IMG/VR virus record: IMGVR_UViG_3300030107_003962
Coordinates: 1-61,102 of that record
Strand: one strand, 5' to 3'
Length of the DNA stretch: 61,102 bases
From: a virus
Taxonomy: Duplodnaviria; Caudoviricetes
Below, one piece after another: positions 29,392 to 38,370 of the stretch. The position numbers and the translations under genes are program-made. Every line of letters begins with the position of its first letter. Position 1 is the first letter of the stretch. The notes below the pieces were generated by a model, which worked only from the letters and a program-made list of their open reading frames with translations, was not told the DNA's origin and ran no database searches.

Positions 29392-29523
29392 TTAAAACCC
29401 CCATATTATTCTAGTTATAAAAGATTTCACTAACAACACAATCCCACCTATACATAAGATGTGAATTAATATTGTTAAATACATACACATTATATCTAAT
29501 GGCTCTTTTCTATTTCTCTTCAT
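29392..29523 (-). CDS. 43-aa membrane peptide (not in track)
   Basis: MKRNRKEPLDIMCMYLTILIHILYVGGIVLLVKSFITRIIWGF, RBS AGGAGA. Confidence 0.6.
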   Translation of the reverse strand: MKRNRKEPLDIMCMYLTILIHILCIGGIVLLVKSFITRIIWGF

Positions 29524-29855
29524 TTGTTTTCTCCTTTATTTTTTAGATGCTTTATTTCTTCTTTTAATGCTTTTATATCTTTTCGCAGTTCCTTTTGTAC
29601 CCAATAAAAATGTTCACTAATAGATTTCTCTTCTTTTAACTTTTCTAGCAATTCTTCCTTGTTCATCTCTTCTGTAAGTTTAATTTCTCCTTTCTCCTTT
29701 ATTTGTTCTATTCCAAAGTCCTCATATAATTTTGATGTGGTAGCAACATTCTCCATCTTATTATTAAATACATCTAATACAACTCCATCATCTTCTAATT
29801 TCACTTGTATAAGGACAGACCTATATAACAACTCTAGGTATCTATTCTCCATCAT
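29520..29855 (-). CDS. Hypothetical protein
   Basis: ORF with RBS AGGAGA; C-terminal coiled coil. Confidence 0.65.
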   Translation of the reverse strand: MMENRYLELLYRSVLIQVKLEDDGVVLDVFNNKMENVATTSKLYEDFGIEQIKEKGEIKLTEEMNKEELLEKLKEEKSISEHFYWVQKELRKDIKALKEEIKHLKNKGENK

Positions 29856-30115
29856 TTGTTTTCTCCTTGCATTATAATTGTTATAGTTTGGTTTTTAATT
29901 GGCTCATCTCTGTATATATTATGAGCAAGTGTTACCTCTACCTTAAGCACTCTCCCACAATTCATTTTTAAGGCATATTCTACCTCTTCTAGTGTAGCCT
30001 CTACATCAAGAGAATCATACCTATCTTTCTCGTCGTGGTTTAGGGTTGGAACATATATTATTTTATTAGGGATTTCTACCTCATATCCCCATCTTTTTGT
30101 TCTAAAATCAGTCAT
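29852..30115 (-). CDS. Hypothetical protein
   Basis: RBS and translational coupling. Confidence 0.65.
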   Translation of the reverse strand: MTDFRTKRWGYEVEIPNKIIYVPTLNHDEKDRYDSLDVEATLEEVEYALKMNCGRVLKVEVTLAHNIYRDEPIKNQTITIIMQGENK

Positions 30116-30491
30116 TTATATCTCCTTTTGCTAATGTTTTTAAGTTGCTTAAATCCTCAATATCCAATCTACATATTCCATCATCTCCAAATATCTCTAT
30201 CTCTTCTATCCATACATATATATCACAAGCATTATGCACATCTATTTCATCAAGATTAGTATATTTAAAGTTGATTCCACTCTCGCATTGTTCTGCCGAT
30301 ATCCACCCCATATAGATACCTATTGCTCTGTATATTGATTGCTCTAACATTACCTTGTCTTCATCAATAATAAAATCAGTTACCCCATTATTTTGAACTC
30401 GGTAAGTCGGTAGTTTACAGAGAGGATTCCCATTGTATAATAATATAGAATTTTCTTTATACTCCACAGAGTTTTCGTTGTAGCTTTCCAT
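30108..30491 (-). CDS. Hypothetical protein
   Basis: RBS and translational coupling. Confidence 0.65.
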   Translation of the reverse strand: MESYNENSVEYKENSILLYNGNPLCKLPTYRVQNNGVTDFIIDEDKVMLEQSIYRAIGIYMGWISAEQCESGINFKYTNLDEIDVHNACDIYVWIEEIEIFGDDGICRLDIEDLSNLKTLAKGDIND

Positions 30492-30946
30492 TATTTATTC
30501 TCCCTTATTTTAGTCATAGGTGTAACTAGATTAACTCCAAATTTCTGATAGTCAAGTTCTCTATCATTAAAGAATCTAATCATATCTTTTTGTATTGGAT
30601 ATGGTAGCCTAATCATATCTGAATTAACTCTCCCTATCCACTCAAAAAAGCCTTTTCCATTGTATTTAAAAGCCTCGTAGTATTCACAATAGCATTCCCA
30701 AATAAAACTCCGATAGCTAGGATAATACTCATTGTCATTATATCCTTTATCTGTTCTTGCTCCCTCTATATAAACACTATGCCTTTTAGCAAATTCATTC
30801 ACAGATAGAGGTAATTGACCAAAATGTGTTTGATTTACATTGTCATCAAATTCTCTATGCATACCACTATCAAAATATTCTTTTATAGTTAAATCTCTAC
30901 TATACTCTCTTGAAAATGTATCTTGTTCAGCCGGTTTAACTAGCAT
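30491..30946 (-). CDS. Hypothetical protein
   Basis: RBS AAGGAGA. Confidence 0.65.
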   Translation of the reverse strand: MLVKPAEQDTFSREYSRDLTIKEYFDSGMHREFDDNVNQTHFGQLPLSVNEFAKRHSVYIEGARTDKGYNDNEYYPSYRSFIWECYCEYYEAFKYNGKGFFEWIGRVNSDMIRLPYPIQKDMIRFFNDRELDYQKFGVNLVTPMTKIRENK

Positions 30947-30964
30947 AATTTCTCCTTATGAAAT

Positions 30965-30992
30965 GGGGGGCATTACACCCCCCTTTTTATTT
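30965..30992 (+). terminator. Intrinsic-terminator-like hairpin (T-tract on the plus strand)
   Basis: GGGGGG-CATTACA-CCCCCC-TTTTTATTT. Confidence 0.55.
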
Positions 30993-30998
30993 ATTTAT

Positions 30999-32012
30999 TT
31001 AAGCAATTGCTCCCTCAAACATTCTTACTCTCTTGTTTGCATTTGTTGAAGACATCACTATCCACTTAGGATTGCTTTCAAGAGCCGAAACCCACCCTTT
31101 TAGGTAGTTTTCAGAGTTCTTCATATTATCCCCATAGGTAAGTCCTAATCTCATACCCATAAACACACTAAATAACTCTGCACATAACTCTTCATAAGCA
31201 TAATCTTTCTCGTGATTCTTGAAGAAATTATCCGGTAGCATCTCATCATCTTTTGCTATTCTCTTCATTAATGAGTGTCCAATTTCGTGTAATAATGTTC
31301 TTGCCCAATTGTGCTTACCCTCTAAGATAGTTCCACCCATTTCTTGAGATTTCTTAACGAATTGCTCCATAGTCGGCACTACAATCTTATCTCTTGATGG
31401 TTGATAATATGCTCTATCACTTTCTTTTACCTCAATACTAAGAGATGGATAAGCTAGTTTGTATTTCTCTACCATAGCCTCAAAATCCTTGAGAGGCTTT
31501 AGTGTTCTCTTCTTTTTCTTTGACTCTTTAGGCATCTCAATACCCTCACATTGCTCTATATTGTAGACATAGAAAGTATTAAAAAATGCTCTTCTTTTCT
31601 CAACCTCTATCTTATCCGGATTCCCTCTTGGTATCTGTTTACCATCTGCATCATATAGTTTAATTTCATAGTAAGAGAGAGTTAAATAATTCTTACTCTC
31701 TTCTCTTTTAACATTCCCACCAAGAGCAATTGCTCCCTTGTAGGTTACCCATTTATTAAACTTATATCCCATTGAATACATTCTACCCATACAAGCTATC
31801 ATATTCAGACCGGCATATTCTGTATTTGATTGGTAATTAGAGGGTAGACCACCAATCTCTGCAGAAGACCAAGTTTTAATCCATTTACCACAAGATTTAA
31901 TAGCATCAACTACTCCCTTAGTAAACTCTTCGCAATGAGTCGCAAAACTCTTCGGTTTCCAACCCTTCTTTTTATACTTTTTAGCTAGTTTCTTTGCAGT
32001 TGCTTTAGTCAT
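30999..32012 (-). CDS. ardC: ArdC-like anti-restriction protein (ssDNA-binding N-domain plus zincin MPTase)
   Basis: W.K.W...P.NY.S...YAGLN...WVTYKGAIALGGNVKR.E; AYYQPSRDKIVVP; TLLHEIGH; YAYEELCAEL. Confidence 0.9.
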   Translation of the reverse strand: MTKATAKKLAKKYKKKGWKPKSFATHCEEFTKGVVDAIKSCGKWIKTWSSAEIGGLPSNYQSNTEYAGLNMIACMGRMYSMGYKFNKWVTYKGAIALGGNVKREESKNYLTLSYYEIKLYDADGKQIPRGNPDKIEVEKRRAFFNTFYVYNIEQCEGIEMPKESKKKKRTLKPLKDFEAMVEKYKLAYPSLSIEVKESDRAYYQPSRDKIVVPTMEQFVKKSQEMGGTILEGKHNWARTLLHEIGHSLMKRIAKDDEMLPDNFFKNHEKDYAYEELCAELFSVFMGMRLGLTYGDNMKNSENYLKGWVSALESNPKWIVMSSTNANKRVRMFEGAIA

Positions 32013-32013
32013 C

Positions 32014-32283
32014 TTAATTTACCTCCACATTTAAGTTGTATTTCTTGATTAGTTTTTGACCTAATAAGGTTACATCACAAAGGATATCATCAAGCATTTT
32101 ATCGGCTAAATCTATCTCTATTGGTAAGCTAGTTATCAATATGCCGGTAGCTACAAATATCTTTTGAATTTTCTCGTTCTGTTCATTCGCAAAATATTCT
32201 AGACAATCCTCAATTGTATCTTGTGCAAAGTAATCCCCACTATCATTCATTTGTTTTAGTTCTTTATTTGTTACCATTTTCAA
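32014..32283 (-). CDS. Hypothetical early protein
   Basis: RBS AAGGAGA. Confidence 0.65.
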   Translation of the reverse strand: MKMVTNKELKQMNDSGDYFAQDTIEDCLEYFANEQNEKIQKIFVATGILITSLPIEIDLADKMLDDILCDVTLLGQKLIKKYNLNVEVN

Positions 32284-32290
32284 TTTCTCC

Positions 32291-32392
32291 TTATTTAGCT
32301 AGTTGTAATATTTGTGAAATAAGCACAAAGAATCCAATGTGCTTTGTTATAATCCAATATGCCTTAAATCTCTCTCTAGTATGAAAGTTCAT
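32291..32392 (-). CDS. 33-aa hydrophobic peptide (not in track)
   Basis: MNFHTRERFKAYWIITKHIGFFVLISQILQLAK, ATGA coupling. Confidence 0.5.
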   Translation of the reverse strand: MNFHTRERFKAYWIITKHIGFFVLISQILQLAK

Positions 32393-32604
32393 TTGATACC
32401 TCTCTGCTTTTTAAACAAATCTTTCATTCTTTGAGCCTTAGATTTATTTCTATCTAGGTTGTAGCTTTTTGTTATTATTTGGCTATCATCTCTTTGTAAT
32501 TCTTTATGGAATTGTAGTCCATTTGAAGAGGATATATTCATCTTCTTAGGATACTTTTTAAAAGAGGTTTTATAACCTTTTTCGTTGATTGTATATGTTA
32601 GCAT
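32389..32604 (-). CDS. First early gene, basic hypothetical protein
   Basis: RBS GGAGAACAAATG. Confidence 0.65.
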   Translation of the reverse strand: MLTYTINEKGYKTSFKKYPKKMNISSSNGLQFHKELQRDDSQIITKSYNLDRNKSKAQRMKDLFKKQRGIK

Positions 32605-32944
32605 TTGTTCTCCATTAAGTTAGAGGCACATCAGAGTTACGACCTCTGCATAGTTCAATATTATGTGCCTTAATAAAAATAATTGTCAGTTATTTATGCC
32701 TCTCACCGATTTAAATGTCCTAGCATAGCATAATATCCTTGTTAGTAAACTTGGTAAACACTAGATGGCTCTCGCACTATGATTTTCTCTTAATGTTGTT
32801 TATTCAATTCATTGTATGATAAACAAGTTAATTACTAGTCATAAAATCTAATTACACCATAATCCCTCAATCAGATATTTATTCAGTTCCGGAGTAGATT
32901 AAATTCCTTATTTCAAAAAGCAATGATATCATCAATCTGTAACA

Positions 32945-32990
32945 AATGTATCACTAGTAACTAATACGAGTCAAGGTTTTTTTTAAAATA
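32945..32990 (-). promoter_or_regulatory. Strong early sigma70 promoter
   Basis: A-tract UP element, TTGACT-N18-TACATT with TGn extended -10. Confidence 0.65.
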
Positions 32991-33244
32991 AATGTAACTT
33001 TTGTTACTTTCTCTTCGTGAAATAAATTTAATTGAGGCACTAATAATCATACATTATAGGTATAAATCCAATGTAAATATTGAAATTTGAAATCACATTT
33101 TACTAGATATAGGTAGTTTATAGAAGAGGATTAGGATTTCAATACAATAAGTTATAGAGGGTAATTAGCTATATTTGAGGCATTACTAATTATACTCATT
33201 ATAAGTAATACATAATACATATATATATATAATAGCTAAATATG

Positions 33245-33276
33245 TGCTAGGTTGCTAGGGTGCTAGGGTGCTAGGT
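33245..33276. repeat. Four tandem 8-bp repeats TGCTAGG(T/G)
   Basis: tgctaggt tgctaggg tgctaggg tgctaggt in the ~1-kb gene-free region. Confidence 0.8.
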
Positions 33277-33666
33277 TGTTTTATAGGTGTAATTAGATGT
33301 GCAAGTAATAAGCTAGGATTTACTTATATATAAGGTATTGTATCTATGAATGGATTTATTGCTTATTTGGTGGTGTCTAGGCTCTACAATAGGCATCACT
33401 TTGCAAGACTCATATTATAGGCTCAGATACCTATATTTAATGAAAAAAAACGAAAAAAATCAAAGATAACGAATCCTTGACGACAAAAAACCATTTGCCA
33501 CCCCACCCAACTATACACACCGGTATGCACTATTTTGCTACAATTTTGAAAGTTTGCATAGTTAACGAAAACTTATCGTATATATGGCAGGGTCCCTATC
33601 ACTCTCCCGGCACAGTCTAAGATATAGATATGGAAAAAGAAATAGATATAGGAATAAATAATAAAT

Positions 33667-34410
33667 GTGTATAAATTAAAATCCCGTATGAAGACTTATA
33701 AAGTAAATAAATCAAACTGCTATGTATATAAGGTGAGCGAAGTCCCACCCGGAATTGAGTACAAGGAAGATTGGAGGGATGGATTAATAGGTGATTGGGT
33801 TAAGACAGATGATAACCATGTTATGCAAATACTTAGACGATTTAAAACCGGGAGTAAGGAGTTTATTGGGACTTGTACTGGGACTTATATTGTCTCTCCT
33901 GAGTCTAATCTTGATAGCATACGAAATGGGGATATTTACTCATTAAGCGGGAAAAACTGGTATGAGCGTTTAACTGGACGAAAAGAGCCTACAAAGAATG
34001 AGATATTGTTCGCACAGCGGATATCGCTCGGGAGTAATCCTACTGAAGCATACCTAGCGGTATATAATACGGATAATGAGGATACTGCGAAAAAGAAATC
34101 TGCAATCTTGATTAAGCAGGAAAGGATACAAAAATTAGTGAGACAAGACTTAAAGGATACATTTTCAAAACTTGGAGTAGATTTGGACTACTTAATAGAA
34201 TCAGCGAAAGATGTCGTAGATGGAGCAAAGAACGACTCCGACAGACTGAAAGCTCTAGGGATGCTATGGCAAGCGTTTGGAGTAGTAGAAGAACAAAAGG
34301 TGACTGAAATAAAAGGTGTATTCCAAGGATTCACGCCAAAAGAACTAATGACAGCAGAGAGGGGTCAAATTGAAAGCAAAAAAGAAGCTCTCCCAGAGCA
34401 CGCAGAATAG
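33667..34410 (+). CDS. terS: Terminase small subunit (probable)
   Basis: Directly upstream of TerL; FAQRI..G.NPTEAYLAVY...AKKKSAILIKQERIQ HTH-like segment and SDRLKALGML. Confidence 0.7.
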   Translation: MYKLKSRMKTYKVNKSNCYVYKVSEVPPGIEYKEDWRDGLIGDWVKTDDNHVMQILRRFKTGSKEFIGTCTGTYIVSPESNLDSIRNGDIYSLSGKNWYERLTGRKEPTKNEILFAQRISLGSNPTEAYLAVYNTDNEDTAKKKSAILIKQERIQKLVRQDLKDTFSKLGVDLDYLIESAKDVVDGAKNDSDRLKALGMLWQAFGVVEEQKVTEIKGVFQGFTPKELMTAERGQIESKKEALPEHAE

Positions 34411-34421
34411 CACACCATTCT

Positions 34422-36038
34422 ATGGATTCACTAGACCAACAGGATATTGGTATGGAACAAAAGTTCAATGTGAATATCAACACCCAAAACATAAGCGAAG
34501 CAGAGGAAGGATTAGAATTAGCACGAAATGACCTCATAGCTTTTGGTAAGTTGTTTTTGCCAGATGACTATATGCGCTCCGAGACACCATTTTTTCACTA
34601 CGAAATAGCAGATACCATGGAAGAAAGAGGTGAAGATGGTATCTATAAACACCGCAACCTAGCCATAATAATGCCCCGTGGACACGGGAAAACAGTATTA
34701 ACCAAGTGTGATATCATTCATGGATTTTGCTTTGCAGATGGGCCACTTTTTTATGGATGGGTTTCAGCTACACAAAAATTAGCGACGGGAAATATGGATT
34801 ATGTAAAATATCATTTGGAATATAATGATAAAATTAAGTATTATTTCGGAAACCAAAAGGGTTTAAAATGGACAGAATCAGATATAGAGCTAAAAAATGG
34901 ATGTAAACTCATATCTAAATCGAATATCTCAGGCATTCGAGGTGGGGCTAAGCTACACAAAAGATATGACCTCATCGTGCTGGACGATTTTGAAGACGAA
35001 AATAATACCATTACTCCAGAGGCTCGTTCCAAGAATTCTAATATGGTTACCGCAGTTGTGCATCCTGCTTTGGAGCCTGCTGATGGCCGTCTTAGGATTA
35101 ACGGCACTCCTGTGCACTTTGACTCTTTTATCAACAACCTCATTATTAATTCAACTAGAGCGGAAGCTGACGGGTTGGATTTTACGTGGAAAGTAATACT
35201 CTATAAGGCTCTCCAGTCTGATGGAACTGCACTATGGAATAGTTGGTTCCCAAAAGAAAAATTAGAAGAAAAAAAGAAATTTTACGAGGATTCCGGGCAA
35301 CCTGCAAAATATTGGCAGGAGTATCACATGGAAGTGCAGTCTGCGGAAGATGCTATCTTTACTCAGTCTCACCTTAGATATTGGAATGGTAAATATAGAT
35401 GGGAACCAAATGCAGAGGTTAGCGTATTGAATATTGACGGGAAAGATATTCCTGTTAATGTGTATTGCGGAGTAGACCCAGCCACAGATTCGGAAAGAAG
35501 AGAATCTGACTTTAGTGTCCTTATGTACATAGCCATAGATGCTGATAATAATATATATGTTCTTGACTATATACGGAAAAGGAGTCTTCCGGTTTTAGGG
35601 ATACCCGGAGAAAGCAAGAAAGGTATAGTTGATTTAATATTTGAGTATAATCAACTATACCACCCCAAACTCCATGTAATAGAGGAAACCACAATGTCAA
35701 GACCTATTTTTCAAGCTCTCATAGCTGAGATGAGGAGGAGAAACGATTTTTCAGTACAATTTAGAGAAGAGAAACCCGGAACCAGAATGTCTAAAAGAGA
35801 TAGAATACAAGAGGTTTTAGGACAAAGAATTATAATAGGTAGTGTACATATTAAAAAAGAAATGTTCGATTTACAGCACGAAATTTTGACCTTTGGTCCA
35901 AGGATGGGTCACGATGATACAATTGACGCATTAGCGTATGCTGTAAAGTATGTAACACTTCCATCTGATAATGTGGCCGAAAATGGAAAATTCAGAAAAA
36001 AAACATATTCCAAACCAAAGTCTTGGATAATAGCTTAA
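34422..36038 (+). CDS. terL: Terminase large subunit
   Basis: Walker A MPRGHGKT, Walker B IVLDDFED, RNase H-fold GVDPA...SDFS and HDDTIDALAYA. Confidence 0.95.
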   Translation: MDSLDQQDIGMEQKFNVNINTQNISEAEEGLELARNDLIAFGKLFLPDDYMRSETPFFHYEIADTMEERGEDGIYKHRNLAIIMPRGHGKTVLTKCDIIHGFCFADGPLFYGWVSATQKLATGNMDYVKYHLEYNDKIKYYFGNQKGLKWTESDIELKNGCKLISKSNISGIRGGAKLHKRYDLIVLDDFEDENNTITPEARSKNSNMVTAVVHPALEPADGRLRINGTPVHFDSFINNLIINSTRAEADGLDFTWKVILYKALQSDGTALWNSWFPKEKLEEKKKFYEDSGQPAKYWQEYHMEVQSAEDAIFTQSHLRYWNGKYRWEPNAEVSVLNIDGKDIPVNVYCGVDPATDSERRESDFSVLMYIAIDADNNIYVLDYIRKRSLPVLGIPGESKKGIVDLIFEYNQLYHPKLHVIEETTMSRPIFQALIAEMRRRNDFSVQFREEKPGTRMSKRDRIQEVLGQRIIIGSVHIKKEMFDLQHEILTFGPRMGHDDTIDALAYAVKYVTLPSDNVAENGKFRKKTYSKPKSWIIA

Positions 36039-36073
36039 TTTTTTCTAAATTATAGGCTAATATAGAAGAAAAT

Positions 36074-38344
36074 ATGTCTAAAAAGAAAGAAAGAGCTCAA
36101 ATTATTCACGAATTATTCCTAAAACTGAACGGACAGACTCGTCAGGCTTGGGAAAATGTAAATCAACAAGGTCATGACTTTTACCTTGATAATCAACTAT
36201 CATATACAGAAAAAAAGGCCTTAGAGGACCAAGGGCAACCTACATTTACAATTAATAGGATTATTCCTATAGTTGAAATGTTAACTTTCTATGCAACGGC
36301 AAATGACCCTAGATGGCAAGCAGTTGCAGCGGAAGGCTCGGATTCTCAGGTTGCACACATACATAATGATATAGCTGATTACATATGGTACATAAGCAAT
36401 GGAAAGTCAATGATGCATCAAGTTATTCAAGATGCTTGTACTAAATCTTTAGGTTATATGCAAGTATATGTTGACCCCAATTCAGACCAAGGGATGGGCG
36501 ATGTTAAGATTCGCTCCTTAGAACCTTTTGATGTTTATGTAGACCCTCAATCAAGAGACCCTTTATTTAGAGATGCGGCATTTATGATGGTTCACAAAGT
36601 TCTACCTAGAGCTCAAATGGTAAATGAGTTTCCTGAATTTAAAAATAAAATAAAAAAAGCAAATTCTCAATATCCTTCTCATTATACGCATTCTCAAAAA
36701 GCGGAAGAAAGAGATTTCCAATATAAAGATATAAATGAAAATTTTAATATTTTAGGTGAGGATGAAACTCTGATAGACTATTACGAATTGTATGAGAAAA
36801 TATCAGTCCCATACATGAATGTGGTTTATACTATAGAACCTAGTGAGGAAGAAATAGCTCAAATAGAGCAACAGGCTATAGCTCAAGCTCAAGAACAACA
36901 ATCTGAGGGTGGTGTTAGATTGCAAGAAGAAATGCTTAAATTAGAACAGGCATTAGAGCAAGGTCAAATAATACAAGCTAGATTTGAAAAATCAGCAAAA
37001 GAGCTAGAAGAGCAATTTGGAGCAAAGTTCGAGCAGATTAAAGGGCAGATAATGAATGAGATGGTATCTCAAGCCACTAGAACTGAGCAAAAAGTTGTCT
37101 CTGAAAAAGAATTTAAATTATTTATAAAAAGCGGATTTGGTCAAAATATTGTAAGTCAAGTTAAATACTTTGAATATAAAATTAGACATTCCATAGTGTG
37201 TGGAGATGAAATATTAAGAGAATCTATCCTCCCCGGGAATCAATATCCAATAGTTCCATTTGTATATAAATTTACAGGAACTCCATATCCTATGAGTGCT
37301 GTTGCGCCATTAGTAGGAAAACAAAAAGAATTAAATAAAGCTCATCAATTGATGGTTCATAACGCATCATTAGGCTCCTCCTTACGCTGGATGTATGTTG
37401 ACGGGAGTGTGGATGTAGATTATTGGGAAAAATATGCATCTGCTCCCGGAGCTTTGTTGCCAGTTAATAATGGATATGAAGCTCCTAAAGAAGTCCTACC
37501 AGCTCAATTATCTGCAGCATTCGTTCAGATGGTTCAAGAAGGTAAGGGTGATATGGAGTATTTAGCAGGTATATATTCATCGCAGCAAGGAGATATGAAA
37601 GCCCAGCATGATACTTATAAAGGATTACTTGCAAATGATGAGTATGGAACTAGGAGAGTTAAGCAATGGGTTGAGCAAACAATCAAAGAATCGCTAACAG
37701 AGATAGGAAGGCTTGTCAAAGATTATGCACAAGCAGTATATAGTGCAAACAGAGTATTTAGATTAATTCAGCCAAGTGCAATTCAAGAGCAAAGACAAGT
37801 AGAAATAAACATACCTATCTATAATGACTTTGGCGAGGCTATTGGTAAATATAATGATTATCAAGCTGCTAATTTTGATGTTAGGGTTATAGCTGGAAAT
37901 AGTCTACCTGTAAATAGATGGGCATATCTAGGCGAATTAAAGGAACTAATGCAACTTGGCGTAGTAGATGATATTGCAGTATTATCTGAGACAGATGTTA
38001 AGAATAAAGATTTAATAGCAAAGAGAAAGTCAGTTTACTCTCAATTACAAGGACAAGTATCAGGCATGGAAGAGGAAATTAAAGATAAAGATGGAACTAT
38101 TGAGACCTTAACTAGACAATTAATACAAGCTGGTATAAAAGATAAGGTTAGACAAGTAGAGCACGATATGAGAAAACAGGTGCTTGACTCTAGCTCCAGA
38201 CTGAAAACAGATGTAGCTGTTAATAAAGCACAATTAGATGCAACTGCTAAAGAAGCTAAGTTAGCCGCTAAAGAACATAAAGTTAATTTAAAATCTTTTG
38301 AAAGTGTGAAGAAAAAGGTTGCAAAGAATAAAGAACAAAAGTAA
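36074..38344 (+). CDS. Portal protein (P22-like)
   Basis: FY..NQ...KAL..QGQPTFTINRIIP; VYVDP.SRDP.F.DA; YPIVPF; QKELNKAHQLMVH; long C-terminal helix; follows TerL. Confidence 0.9.
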   Translation: MSKKKERAQIIHELFLKLNGQTRQAWENVNQQGHDFYLDNQLSYTEKKALEDQGQPTFTINRIIPIVEMLTFYATANDPRWQAVAAEGSDSQVAHIHNDIADYIWYISNGKSMMHQVIQDACTKSLGYMQVYVDPNSDQGMGDVKIRSLEPFDVYVDPQSRDPLFRDAAFMMVHKVLPRAQMVNEFPEFKNKIKKANSQYPSHYTHSQKAEERDFQYKDINENFNILGEDETLIDYYELYEKISVPYMNVVYTIEPSEEEIAQIEQQAIAQAQEQQSEGGVRLQEEMLKLEQALEQGQIIQARFEKSAKELEEQFGAKFEQIKGQIMNEMVSQATRTEQKVVSEKEFKLFIKSGFGQNIVSQVKYFEYKIRHSIVCGDEILRESILPGNQYPIVPFVYKFTGTPYPMSAVAPLVGKQKELNKAHQLMVHNASLGSSLRWMYVDGSVDVDYWEKYASAPGALLPVNNGYEAPKEVLPAQLSAAFVQMVQEGKGDMEYLAGIYSSQQGDMKAQHDTYKGLLANDEYGTRRVKQWVEQTIKESLTEIGRLVKDYAQAVYSANRVFRLIQPSAIQEQRQVEINIPIYNDFGEAIGKYNDYQAANFDVRVIAGNSLPVNRWAYLGELKELMQLGVVDDIAVLSETDVKNKDLIAKRKSVYSQLQGQVSGMEEEIKDKDGTIETLTRQLIQAGIKDKVRQVEHDMRKQVLDSSSRLKTDVAVNKAQLDATAKEAKLAAKEHKVNLKSFESVKKKVAKNKEQK

Positions 38345-38354
38345 CTTAAGTTAC
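38319..38354 (+). promoter_or_regulatory. Late promoter for scaffold/capsid with a perfect 14-bp palindrome
   Basis: TTGCAA-N17-TAACTT; GTAACTTAAGTTAC (38341-38354) overlaps the -10/+1 region. Confidence 0.5.
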
Positions 38355-38370
38355 AAAATAAGGACAAATT

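Noticed and set aside
33584-33661. 25-aa ORF MAGSLSLSRHSLRYRYGKRNRYRNK before terS
   Set aside because: No RBS; the composition is explained by the iteron-like DNA.
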